64,000 nt of DNA. Source: Chiloscyllium plagiosum (Eukaryota). The notes below the pieces were generated by a model. It had not been told where the DNA came from. It saw only the letters and a program-made list of their open reading frames with translations, and made no database searches. The position numbers were made by a program, and so were the translations under genes. Below are positions 47,546 to 58,454 of this stretch, one piece after another (position 1 is the stretch's first letter; each line of letters opens with the position of its first letter). The stretch is taken from contig NC_057718.1 of NCBI RefSeq assembly GCF_004010195.1, forward strand, positions 17,676,028 through 17,740,027, read 5' to 3'.

Positions 47546-49476
47546 TGTCAATAGAGAGAGAGAGAGAGAGATAAAGAGAGAGAAAGAGACCAAGAGAGAG
47601 TGATGGGCAGGGAGAGAAAAAGAGAGAAATAAACCAGTAATCACAGAATATAAAACAGGATAAAATAAGAGACTTACAGAAAAAATGAACCAGCAGAGAT
47701 TAGGTAAATATGGCACACTGGACTTCTGCTGTGATTTTGATTTACAGAGATATCACACACTTCAAGTTATTAATTAATTTGGAGTCTCAAAAATAACGAT
47801 GATGAGGTCCTCCAAGACTACCATTAACTTAAATCTTGACTTTACCTATTTGGGCCAGTCCCACCAACATTTCTTCTCCTCGGGGAAGTAAAGCCGGGAT
47901 TCTACTAAGTATCTCTCCGCAACACCACAGCTGGCGCTGGGATCCCAGAAAAGCAAAAAGAAAGCAAAATTTGCATTCACGGGGTTTTCTCTCTTTTTTT
48001 CCTCTAGCCCCAGCCAACACCCCTCTCTCCCTTGGCTCTTATTGCCCTCTTCAGCTTCAGCCATTCTTTGCTCGCAGCCTGTCGTCACAATTTGAGTTTG
48101 AATTAGCACTGATGTGAGGTGGAAATATTAAGTTTGATAGACTAAGTAGAGAGATACAATTCGGAGAGTCCAGAATAAAGGATGCATAACATTAAAAACA
48201 GGCCACTCAGGGATGATGCCAGTAAGCACTTCACTATAGAAAGGAAGGGCATATCTGGAACCTTTTCCCCCAAAACCTTTTGAGGCAGGAGACTCAACTG
48301 AAAATTTCAAAAAACTTTTTGTCAGGGAACGGCATTAAGGGATAACAATCAAAGCAAGTTGAGATACAAAGCAACCACAAGCAGGCTTAATGGATTGAAT
48401 GCTCAACTCCTGCATTTCATGGGACTGAACACTGGTGAATCACTAGAAAAGGAGTTTTTTTCCTCATGATGTATTTATGGATCTCATAAGGCAGAAGATC
48501 CTTAATTACTTTGAGCATCATGCCACACACCATGCTAACACCCGACAATTTTTTTTGGGTTCCCCTAGGTGCCCCACCTTTGGTGGCAAAATTCTTCATA
48601 CGACATTAAGGTGACAGTGTGATGTAAGCTGACTTTGTCCCCTTCAGGGCTGGAAACCACAATACACTTGAGGTCAATCAGAGGAGAATAGCCATTAGTG
48701 AGGGAGTTTTGTTGACCAGAATTGACATGTGAACATCAGATTCCAAGAGAGAGTGAAATAAAAAATATTAAATGGCTGTTATTCTCACTTTTCTTTTCCC
48801 ATTCTTCTGGAATTTTGAAATATATATGTAAAGGGTAAGATGCTTATACACAGGAATTCTGCATAATCATGACCTTGGACAATTGTGTAAATTGAGGCAA
48901 TACCGCATTGGATGTATTTTATGCTTCCATTTTCATTTCAATTGAATCCATTCAGATGTTAGTCCACCTACACCACTGCTAAAAGTCAGCAAGGAATGAT
49001 TTGGTGAAAGGGAGATAGTGAATAGAAGATAATTACACTATAGTGTGCAGATATAACTAAGTCCCCATTTTAAAGCCTATTTATGTATTATACAGATATG
49101 ATATACAATCTATTTATATCCTCACAGAACACTCTGATCCAAGTCACATCAATTTTGGAAGCCAAGAAATAGAATTGGTTCTAACCAATGTTGAGCTGCT
49201 ATAGCGCCACCACTGGTAGAAGGGTACATTACAGGTTTACAGAGGCAGTCTTCACTATAATAGTGGAACAGTATGAATTTACAAATTGACGTAGGAGGTG
49301 AGTCCGTAAGATTTTTAACACATTCTGTACTTAAATATTATAAATATTTAGAAAGACTCTGTTTCCTTTCCACAAAGCTAAACAATAAGTTTTAATTGTA
49401 TAATACAGCCAGCATTTTATTTACATCTTTATTATAATATTTCTTGAAACCAAAGTAAGTAATTATTTTCCCAAAC

Positions 49477-49719
49477 CTTTCTTGCATTCATACAGGTCAC
49501 AGCATTCTCCTGGCTTTCCCGATGCTTTGGAAACGAGGATGCTCTGGTATCCAGGCTGACAGACCTTCCGGAGGCAGCCAGCTGGATTACACACACAGCG
49601 GCTTGGGAGGGGACAACACTCGCCAGGAGGGGCATAGCCTTCAATCAGGATGGAGTCTTCTGGGCAACGGGGAGAAAACTGCACCTCACACCTGGCTTTG
49701 GAACAATCTGGCTTCTCTT
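49477..49719 (-). CDS. CRIM1: CRIM1 coding exon (mammalian exon 3 equivalent), cysteine-rich region
   Basis: Translates as EEKPDCSKARCEVQFSPRCPEDSILIEGYAPPGECCPLPSRCVCNPAGCLRKVCQPGYQSILVSKASGKPGECCDLYECKK, near-identical to vertebrate CRIM1 as I recall it. Acceptor tttttcAG, donor G|GTttgg; 243 nt, phase 1/1. Confidence 0.97.
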
Positions 49720-50623
49720 CTGAAAAATAAAGAGGGAGGATACATGTGAGAAACAACTCTGGACACATACACACACGCACGCACACACACACTGACCCAT
49801 GTCGGCTTCACTGTTCCACTGTGAGCTGCCACCCTCAGGTATCTGGGCTAAATCTGGAATTAAGAATCTAATGATGACCACTAATCCATTGCCAATTGTT
49901 GGAAAACCCCATCTGGCTCACTAATGTCTTTCAGGGATGGAAACTGCCAACCAGACCTGGTCTGGCCTATGTGTGACATCAGACCCACAGCAATCTGGTT
50001 AACTGTTAACTATGAGCAATTAGGGATGGGCAATTAATGCTGGCCTAGCCAGTGACACCCTCATCCTATGAATGAATGAAAAACAAACCTTACCCGGTGA
50101 TCAATGCCAACTGACAGCACATTTGTGGATGAATGGGGAAGGCATCATTGCCAATCACCAATCTCCTCATCTGATCTCTACTACTCATTAACTACTCATA
50201 TAGAAATACCTTCCTTCTCTCCTGCTGTTCTTCCTCTCTCCCTCTTTACATTTCTCCTCGTTGTAAGAATTATGCTGGATAGTCAGAAGAAACAGATATC
50301 CTGGATGATTATTTACTTCCTGTGCTAAAAGGACATTGGGACTAACTACAGACCTTGCATTACTGTCTCACCAGAGGCCAGCTAACTAGTGAAGATGGGA
50401 GAAACATATTCTGCACAATTTTCACTGTCGGTCTAACTGGGCCACTTGTGCACTTACAGTCTGGGACATCAGAGATCACATCTTGAATTTTTCTTGGTAG
50501 TTTTTCTTTACTGCATTTCGTTTTTCCTAATTCAAAATAATTCTGATACAGAGGTTGTCTGAGCATAATTGTATGGAATAGAAAGAGGGAGTGTGGAAAG
50601 ACAGTGATGTAGAGGGACAGAGT

Positions 50624-51600
50624 AGTCACAGAGTCATAGAGAAGTACAGCACAGAAACAGACCCAACTCATGCATGCGGACCAGTTTTTCTAACCTAGTC
50701 TAGTCCCATTTGCCAGCATTTGGTGCATATTCCTCTAAACCCTTCCTATTCATATATCCATCCAGATGCCTTTTAAATGTTGCAATTGTACCAGCCTCCA
50801 CCACCTCTGGCAGCTCATTCCAAACATGCACCACGCTCTGTATGAAAGAAATTGCCCCTTAGGTGCCTTTTAGATGTTTCACCTCTCACCCTAAACCTAC
50901 ACCCTCTAGTTCTATACTCCCCCTACCAAGGGAAAAGACTTTGTCTATTTACGCTATCCATGCCCCTCATTTTATAAAACACTATAAGATCAGTTCTCAG
51001 CCTCTGAAGCTACAAGGAAAACAGCCCCAGCCTATTTAGCCTCTCCGTATAGCTCAAATCCTCCAACCCTGGCAACATCCTTGTAAATCTTTTCTGAACC
51101 CTTTCAAGTTTTACAACATCCTTCAAATTGGAAGGTGACCAGAATTGCACGCAATATTCCAACAGTGGCATAACCAATGTCCTGTACAGCCGCAACATGA
51201 CCTCCCAATTCCTACGCTCAATACTCTGACCAATAAAGAAAAGCATACCAAACGCCTTCTTCACTATCCTATCTATCTGTGACTCCACTTTCAAGGAATT
51301 ATGAAACTGCAGTTCAAGGTCTCTTTGTTCAGCAACACTCCCTAGGACCTTACCATTAAATATATAAGTCCTGCCTTGATTTGCCTTTCCAACATGCCGC
51401 ATCTCACCATTAAGTGTATAAGTCCTGCTAAGATTTGCTTTCCCAAAATGCAGCACCTCGCATTTATTTAAATTAAACTCCAGCTGCCACTCCTCAGCCC
51501 ATTGGTCTATCTGATCAAGATCCCGTTGTAAGCTGAGGTAACCTTCTTTGCTGTCCACTACACCTCCAATTTTGGTGTCATCTGCAAACCTACTAACTAT
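50624..51600 (-). mobile_element. 5'-truncated CR1 with an internal duplication of about 55 bp
   Basis: ORF 51010-51744 (FADDTK...GKANLSRTYTLNG-EMRHV-GKANQGRTYIFNG...LEYCVQFWSP); tail gagtcataga at about 50631. Confidence 0.92.
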
Positions 51601-51972
51601 ACAGGGATAACTAGTCATTTGGATATAGAACTGGCTCAAAGGTAGAAGACAGAGGGTGGTGGTAGAGGGTTGTTTTTCAGACTGGAGGCCTGTGACCAGT
51701 GGAATGCCATAAGGATCGGTACTGGGTCCTCTACTTTTTGTCATTTACATAAATAATTTGGATGCGAGCATAAGAGGTACAGTTAGTAAGTTTGCAGATG
51801 ACACCAAAATTGGAGGTGTAGTGGACAGCGAAGAAGGTTACCTCAGATTACAACAAGATCTGGACCAGATGTGCCAATGGGCTGAGAGGTGCAGATGGAG
51901 TTTAATTCAGATAAATGCGAGGTGCTGCACTTTGGGAAAGCAAATCTTAACATGACTTATACACTTAATGGT
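51599..51972 (+). mobile_element. CR1 RT fragment, head-to-head with the preceding copy, running into the gap
   Basis: Homologous to about 4027-4400. Confidence 0.92.
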
Positions 51973-52485
51973 NNNNNNNNNNNNNNNNNNNNNNNNNNNN
52001 NNNNNNNNNNNNNNNNNNNNNNNNNNNNNNNNNNNNNNNNNNNNNNNNNNNNNNNNNNNNNNNNNNNNNNNNNNNNNNNNNNNNNNNNNNNNNNNNNNNN
52101 NNNNNNNNNNNNNNNNNNNNNNNNNNNNNNNNNNNNNNNNNNNNNNNNNNNNNNNNNNNNNNNNNNNNNNNNNNNNNNNNNNNNNNNNNNNNNNNNNNNN
52201 NNNNNNNNNNNNNNNNNNNNNNNNNNNNNNNNNNNNNNNNNNNNNNNNNNNNNNNNNNNNNNNNNNNNNNNNNNNNNNNNNNNNNNNNNNNNNNNNNNNN
52301 NNNNNNNNNNNNNNNNNNNNNNNNNNNNNNNNNNNNNNNNNNNNNNNNNNNNNNNNNNNNNNNNNNNNNNNNNNNNNNNNNNNNNNNNNNNNNNNNNNNN
52401 NNNNNNNNNNNNNNNNNNNNNNNNNNNNNNNNNNNNNNNNNNNNNNNNNNNNNNNNNNNNNNNNNNNNNNNNNNNNNNNNNNNNN
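51973..52485. other. Assembly gap (513 N)
   Basis: Run of N. Confidence 0.99.
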
Positions 52486-52642
52486 TGTTCATGGTGGAGG
52501 GAGTGAAGGATGAAGGTGGTGGCTGGGGTGACTGTTCATGGTGGAGGGAGTGAAGGATGAAGGTGGTGGATGGGATGAATGTTCATAGTGGAGGGAGTGA
52601 AGGATGAAGGTAGTGAAATGGGGGGGAAATGTTCATGGTGGA
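52486..52642. repeat. Minisatellite, unit about 47 bp, at least 3.2 copies, truncated by the gap
   Basis: Unit tgttcatggtggagggagtgaaggatgaaggtggtgg(c/a)tggg(g/a)tga(c/a). Confidence 0.9.
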
Positions 52643-52960
52643 TGAGCGCTGTTGGAGCTGCTCTCATCCAGGCAAGTGGAAAATATTCCATCACAGGTGT
52701 AGATGGTGGACAGTGCTGGAGAGACAGGAAGGGAGTTACATGCCACTGAATTCCCAGCCTTGGACCTATTTTATCCAAAGAATAGCTGGCCCATTATAAA
52801 TGTCTGGTCAATGATAACCCCTGAAGATGTGCCAGGTGAAGGATCAGCAATGGCAATGTCTTTAAATATCAAAGAGAGATAGTCAGTTTCTCTCTTGCTG
52901 GGGATGATCATTTTTGGCACTTTTGTGGTGGGAATGTTCTTTTCTTCTGGCTGTGGTCCA
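52640..52960 (-). mobile_element. LINE remnant of the same family as 47080 and the 2080 filler
   Basis: The minus strand reads VMEYFPLAWMRAAPT and GVIIDQT. Confidence 0.7.
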
Positions 52961-54161
52961 TCAGTCGAATTGGGGTGAAGGAGGGGAAATATCACTTGTC
53001 TCATGCTTGTGATGACCTCTGATGAATTATGCACGTGTAGGAACTTTGGATGAAAACTGCATCAGGTTTGGGTGTCATTTCTAGTCTAATCGCCTCAGGA
53101 TTCACGCATGATAAACTACCAGCTGTATGAGACACCATAAGCCTGCATATAGCAAAACGTCTGTATTCCATGAAAAGGAGAAAGGCTGGATAAAAACAAA
53201 GAAAAAGGAACTGGAAGGGAAAGAACATAAATAACAGCTGCATCTCTCCAAATGTGTGGCTTAGTAACTCAACAGCTACTTCCTGCAATGATTAGTAACT
53301 GCGGCATAAACAAAACGCTTGTCAAGCACGTTAAGACAGCCTTAATTCTGAGCAACTGTTTTACTTTACTGATCCTGACACATGTTAACCAAGCCTGAGG
53401 TCTATTTAGGTTTCACTGAGCCTCCTGTGTGAACACAGACCTTCATGCTTCAACAATGATAAAACCGCAGCAATTTATATCGATCGAATCCCCTCAACAA
53501 AGGAGAACTTGCCCAGAACTGTACTCAAATAGAAAGAAAAATTAGTTGATGGGGACTTCTGAAGCATGTTGGGAGAGCAAGAAGGAGGATGATCAAATGC
53601 AGGACTGAAACAGAGTTATATCAGGTCTAAGGGGAAGGGAGGGGAATAGCAGAAAATCACGTGGAGGGAGGGGGTTAGAGCCATAATACAAGGAAAGCAG
53701 CTGGAACTCAACCAGAATGTGCCAGATAAAATAAAATTTGAAAATGACATTAACAAGCACCTGGGGTTAACGATATATTAATTAGGTCTTTAATTATAAT
53801 CAGGCAGTGGATATTTAATAGCAACGTACACTGTGATTAAATGTATGGGAGCAGGAATAAATCTGAAATGACTATAAGAAAGAGTCGGCTGTTCATCCCC
53901 TTGAGCCTGCTCTGCCATTCAATTGGATCATGGCTCACATCCACTTTCCCTGTAACCCTGGGGGTCATTGATCCTAACAACTATCGTTGGTTTTAAGAAA
54001 AAACACTTCTGGGTCATCAGGAAGGTCTGGTGTTTGGTCCCACTAGTCCCAGTGGTGTGTCATAACAGGATAATTTAGAAGAAATAATACATGTGGGAGC
54101 AGGCTGGAAGTGTACAATAAATAATTTCCATTTCTGTATGTATGTATATAAAGATTTGACT

Positions 54162-54364
54162 AGGTAAAAACAATGACTGCAGATGCTGGAAACCAGAGTT
54201 TAGATTTTCTCCCCACCCCCAACCTCCTCTCATTTATCTCTCCACCCGTCAGGCTCTCTGCCTGTATTCCTGATGAAGGGCTTTTGCCCAAAACGTCGAT
54301 TTTACTGCTCCTCGGATGCTGACTGAACTGCTGTGCTTTTCCAGCACCACTCTAATCTAAACTC
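54162..54364. mobile_element. PLE pseudo-LTR element with an inverted end; hammerhead core has G12 changed to A
   Basis: 15-bp duplication TATAAAGATTTGACT (54147-54161, 54365-54379); cctgatgaagggcttttgcccAaaacgtcg. Confidence 0.9.
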
Positions 54365-56094
54365 TATAAAGATTTGACTCCAGTTCTGTTCATCAATACC
54401 TGGCTATTTGCATTGGAATAGCCAGACTTTAGTGGGAAATATGCTACAGGGGTAAAATTGTATACCTTGACAACTGCAGTCAATGATAGTAATGTAACAC
54501 TGTGAATCTGATATCAATAAAATGGTAAATAGTGAAACAAAAAGATTTTAATTATTTCACTCATTTAAAATTGAAACAGAATTAATTCCACAGTGGCGAC
54601 CCAGCAGTGGCGCCAAGGCCACTAATCTACACCTTAATGTTTATCACTGACTGGTCTTCAGAGCATGTGTGGATCAGGGCCAGGGGAAACTCATTTTGCA
54701 CAGGATGGAAGGAGAGCAGGATGGACTGGATTAATAGGATTTGTCTCTTAATACTAATCATCGAAAAAAGACCCAGGCCTCTCCAATGATTCACGGAACA
54801 AACAGACTTCACAATTGGAAGCTAATGGATTAGGAAGCTTTGTTCTATTCTTTCATGGGACATGACAAGGCCAGCATTGGTAGCCCATCCCCAATGGCCC
54901 TTGAACTGAACAGGGCCATTTCAGGGAGCAGCTAAGAGTCCAAACAAGTTACTGTGGGTCAGGAGTCACATGTGGGTCAGGCTGGCAGACCTCCTACCAT
55001 TTGATGTTGATTTCTCGATCACCCCAGCCGAGACTAGCTTTCAATTCCAGGCGTTATGTATTGAAATTAAATAGCACCAGCTGCAGTTTTCCCCCATTTG
55101 TGGGTTTGATTGCTGGTATGTGTTGATCAACGGTGTAGCAGTGATAGGGTTGCTCCAATATCGCTGAGTGCCCCAGGGCTAGAAAGGACAGGATCAGGTC
55201 TGTTTAAGCTGTCTACCCTTCCCTCCATAGTGTTTTGATGAATCAAGACATGTTGTTCGGAATCAACCAAGAAGAACTCAAATGTTGCCTGTACTCGGAG
55301 CACAGAAAGTCCAAACTTTCAGGAGAGAAAGGAGCAAGTGATGGTGGAAGGAGAGCATTCCCACCGGTTGTGCAAAGAGGCAGAAAAATTGTATGCACAG
55401 ATTTGGGGAAATTGGAAGACGGGAAGTCAGGATAATTTTTTTAAATGCAGCAAGTTGTTATTCTCTGCAATGCTCTACCTGAATCTGCTCATGGAAACAG
55501 ATTCAAGAATAACTCTCAAAAGAGAACTGGATAAATACTCAAAACGTACAATATGAAATACAGGGGAAACGGACAAAATTGACACAATTCATTCGAAGTG
55601 CTAGTATAGGAACGATGGGCAGAATGGTTTCCTTCTCAGCTGTATGGTTTTATGTGAAGCCACGATAATACAAAATGGGTCAAGCAGCTGGCTGTTATTG
55701 CACAGTGGTGGAAAAGAAAATGAGCAACTAATCCAGGAGACTAATTCTCGTCAGCTTAGCTTTGGCAGAATGAATCCAAATGGAGGCTTACCAACCACTG
55801 AAATTACTATTAAGGACTTTCTATTACAGCTCTGCCCGCAGAATCTGAGGGCTCTATCATTAGACCTGAGATCTCATCACAACCCATTGTCAAGGTTCAA
55901 AATGTTTCCCATTTACAAAGATCCAAGAGACCAACCCACAACTCAAAACTTCAGTTTGGTTCAGATGTAGACAGTGCCAAGCAACTTGTGATAATGATGA
56001 TATCCTTAACCTTGTTACTGCCACTGCCACTCTGAAAACCACTGTGAAATATTGTTGCTTTCTCTTTGTTCACCAAAGAATACAGCCCAGGTGG

Positions 56095-56340
56095 GCATGG
56101 AAACATAGAAAACAGGAGTAGGAGTAAGCTATTCAGCCCTTTGAGCCTGGTCCACCATTCAATATGATCATGACTGACCATCTAAGTTTTTGATGCCTTT
56201 GGCCCTAAGAACTTAACATAACTCCTTCTTGAAAACATTCAACCACTTTCTGTGACAGTGAATTCCAGATTCACCACTCTCTGGGTGAAGAAATTTCTCC
56301 TTCTCTCAGTCCTAAATGGCCTACCTTGTATCCTTGGTTA
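56095..56340 (-). mobile_element. Old CR1 3' fragment
   Basis: catagaaaacaggagtaggagtaagctattcagcccttt...ctgggtgaagaaatttctcc. Confidence 0.7.
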
Positions 56341-57445
56341 CTGTCAGGGTAATGTTCCAGATAATGGCTAAATGAACCTTACCAGCCCACACCTTCCATA
56401 TCAACATAGGTTGGACTCCAACACATAACTTGTAAATATTACTTTTGTAGATGAAGTACCAGATGCTGGTGATTATGTTGCCCAATGATAAATCCACAAT
56501 GAATAGAATTTGACTTTCAAATATCTGTTTCGTTTATTCTACTTTCCCCTGTGTCTTTTTGACAACTGAATGATGTCTCTCCTGTCACCTCGGAAGAAAA
56601 TTAAACTTGGCAGAAATTTCTCTCTCTGGGATATGATTGCACAGTGACTGTTTGCCTTCTGCCTGAGTACCCAGCAGGATACTTGGCTTCAGCAGCTAAA
56701 TCTGAAGGGCAACAGGCAAGTGTAGATTCCAGCAGCAACCAGGAATGAGAATCCTCATTGGTTTTCCCCATTCCAGCAGCAATGAGGCCCAACGTATCAG
56801 CACAACCATTGCTCAACTGAGATCAATTAATGCAGCACCAGCGGGCAATCAACTGTGACATCTTTCTGATTACTAGAGCTTCAAAACTCAGCACAAACGC
56901 ATCGCCCTATAATGTCAGCCTTCAGGAACACCCTGACCACCTGCTACACGTCCTAATCATTTCTCCATTCACAGACTGTGTGTCGCTGGGCAGTTACACT
57001 CCTTTGATAGTTGCCCTCAAGTAGGTGTTAGCAATTTACCTTTCTTGAAGTGCTGTTTCAATATGACTGAGTGACTTGTTAAACCAGTGGAAAGGGTGGG
57101 TGAAACACAGTCACATTGCTGCAGATCTAGAATCACAAAAAGGCCACACCGACGGCGAATCTCCTTTCCTACTAGTTTGGCAATAACAAACACCTGATAG
57201 CTTGATGTGCACCATTCGTGACATGGAGGAAAAGGACACACGGGGGCAGAATGGTGGAGTCACACCAAGGGAAGGGTGTGGGGCGAACGACCTCCAGGAT
57301 GTGTCTGTGTTTGGAGGGGGGTTCTCCATGCTATTTTTACTCTTGTTGGAGAGGTCCTGCTCTCTGCTGTTCTGCATGTGTGATATTGAAATAGCTGGGA
57401 GGGGGTTGCAGCATTCTGATGGGGTGCATTACTACCTTCCATCTT

Positions 57446-57737
57446 TCAGATTACCTACAGTCTGGAAACAGGCCACTTGGCCTAACAAGTCCACACTGAC
57501 TCTCCGAAGAGCAATCCACCCAGACCTATTTCCCTCCGACTAATGCACCCAACACTATGGGTAATTTAGCATGGCCAATTCACCTAATCTGTACATCTTT
57601 TGGAATGTGGGAGGAAACCGGAGCACCCGGAGGAAACACGCAGACATGGGAGAATGTGCAAACTCCACACAGACAGTCTCCCGGGGCCGGAATCGAACGT
57701 TGTGAGGCAGCAGTGCTAATCACCGAGCCACCATGCA
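57446..57737 (-). mobile_element. HE1-type V-SINE
   Basis: V-domain ggaggaaaccggagcacccggaggaaa and tail homologous to the other copies. Confidence 0.9.
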
Positions 57738-58454
57738 TCTGAAGTAGTACAACAGAGGGTGGAAAATGGCGAATGAAACCAAGTGTGTGGGAAGGGGTTC
57801 AATTGTGAGCACCACAATATTATCCTGCACTCCATCAGCTTATTTTAAATATTATTCCCTTTTGCGGCTGATGGGCCAGACAGGATGACTACAGTCCTCT
57901 TCCACAACACTGAGGAGAACATCGATTGGTTGTCCGAGCCTGGCACATTCAGAGTGCTTTTTGTGTCAAGTAGCTTTAATAGGACCTCTGACAAAGATCT
58001 AATTTTCCATTTCATTTTTCTCACTTTTGTATTGATCAGAGAGATGGCATTTGAAACGATTGAGGGTTCAGTGAGTAAATTTGGGGCAATTAACCTTTGG
58101 TATATTGTCAATCATTTTCTATTTAAAAAGCAGGCAATTGGAAAATGAAGCCAGCCAGCAGAGCATAATAATTGGCTTCAGTTGAAGGTTTTGTCATAAA
58201 GGAAAGGAATTGATTAGTCTGTTTTCAGGGTTTTAAAATTATAAATCCATAGCTTGAATTTACTTCCACATATTAAACAAGGATACCTAATTAAACGTAG
58301 TCATTTTGGGGATGGGAAGCTCAGTTGCTTGCCAATCTAAATTGTTGAGAAACATTCTTCCCTGACAGAAAAAGAATATTTTTGACTCGTGCGTCCTCAG
58401 AGTTTTTAGTGCCACTTTAATGATGATCTGCTTGCTCCTTTCACTTAGCAATTT

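Noticed and set aside
51406..51972. Single twin-primed (5'-inverted) CR1 insertion
   Set aside because: The geometry fits, but the two parts overlap by at least 194 bp and differ at about 10% of sites, which favours two insertions or mis-assembly; the gap prevents a TSD check.
51889..52513. Long ORFs in the ORF track
   Set aside because: They are artefacts of translating through the N gap.
52486..52642. CRISPR-like array
   Set aside because: The units are contiguous with no unique spacers, there are no cas genes, and the context is a vertebrate intron.
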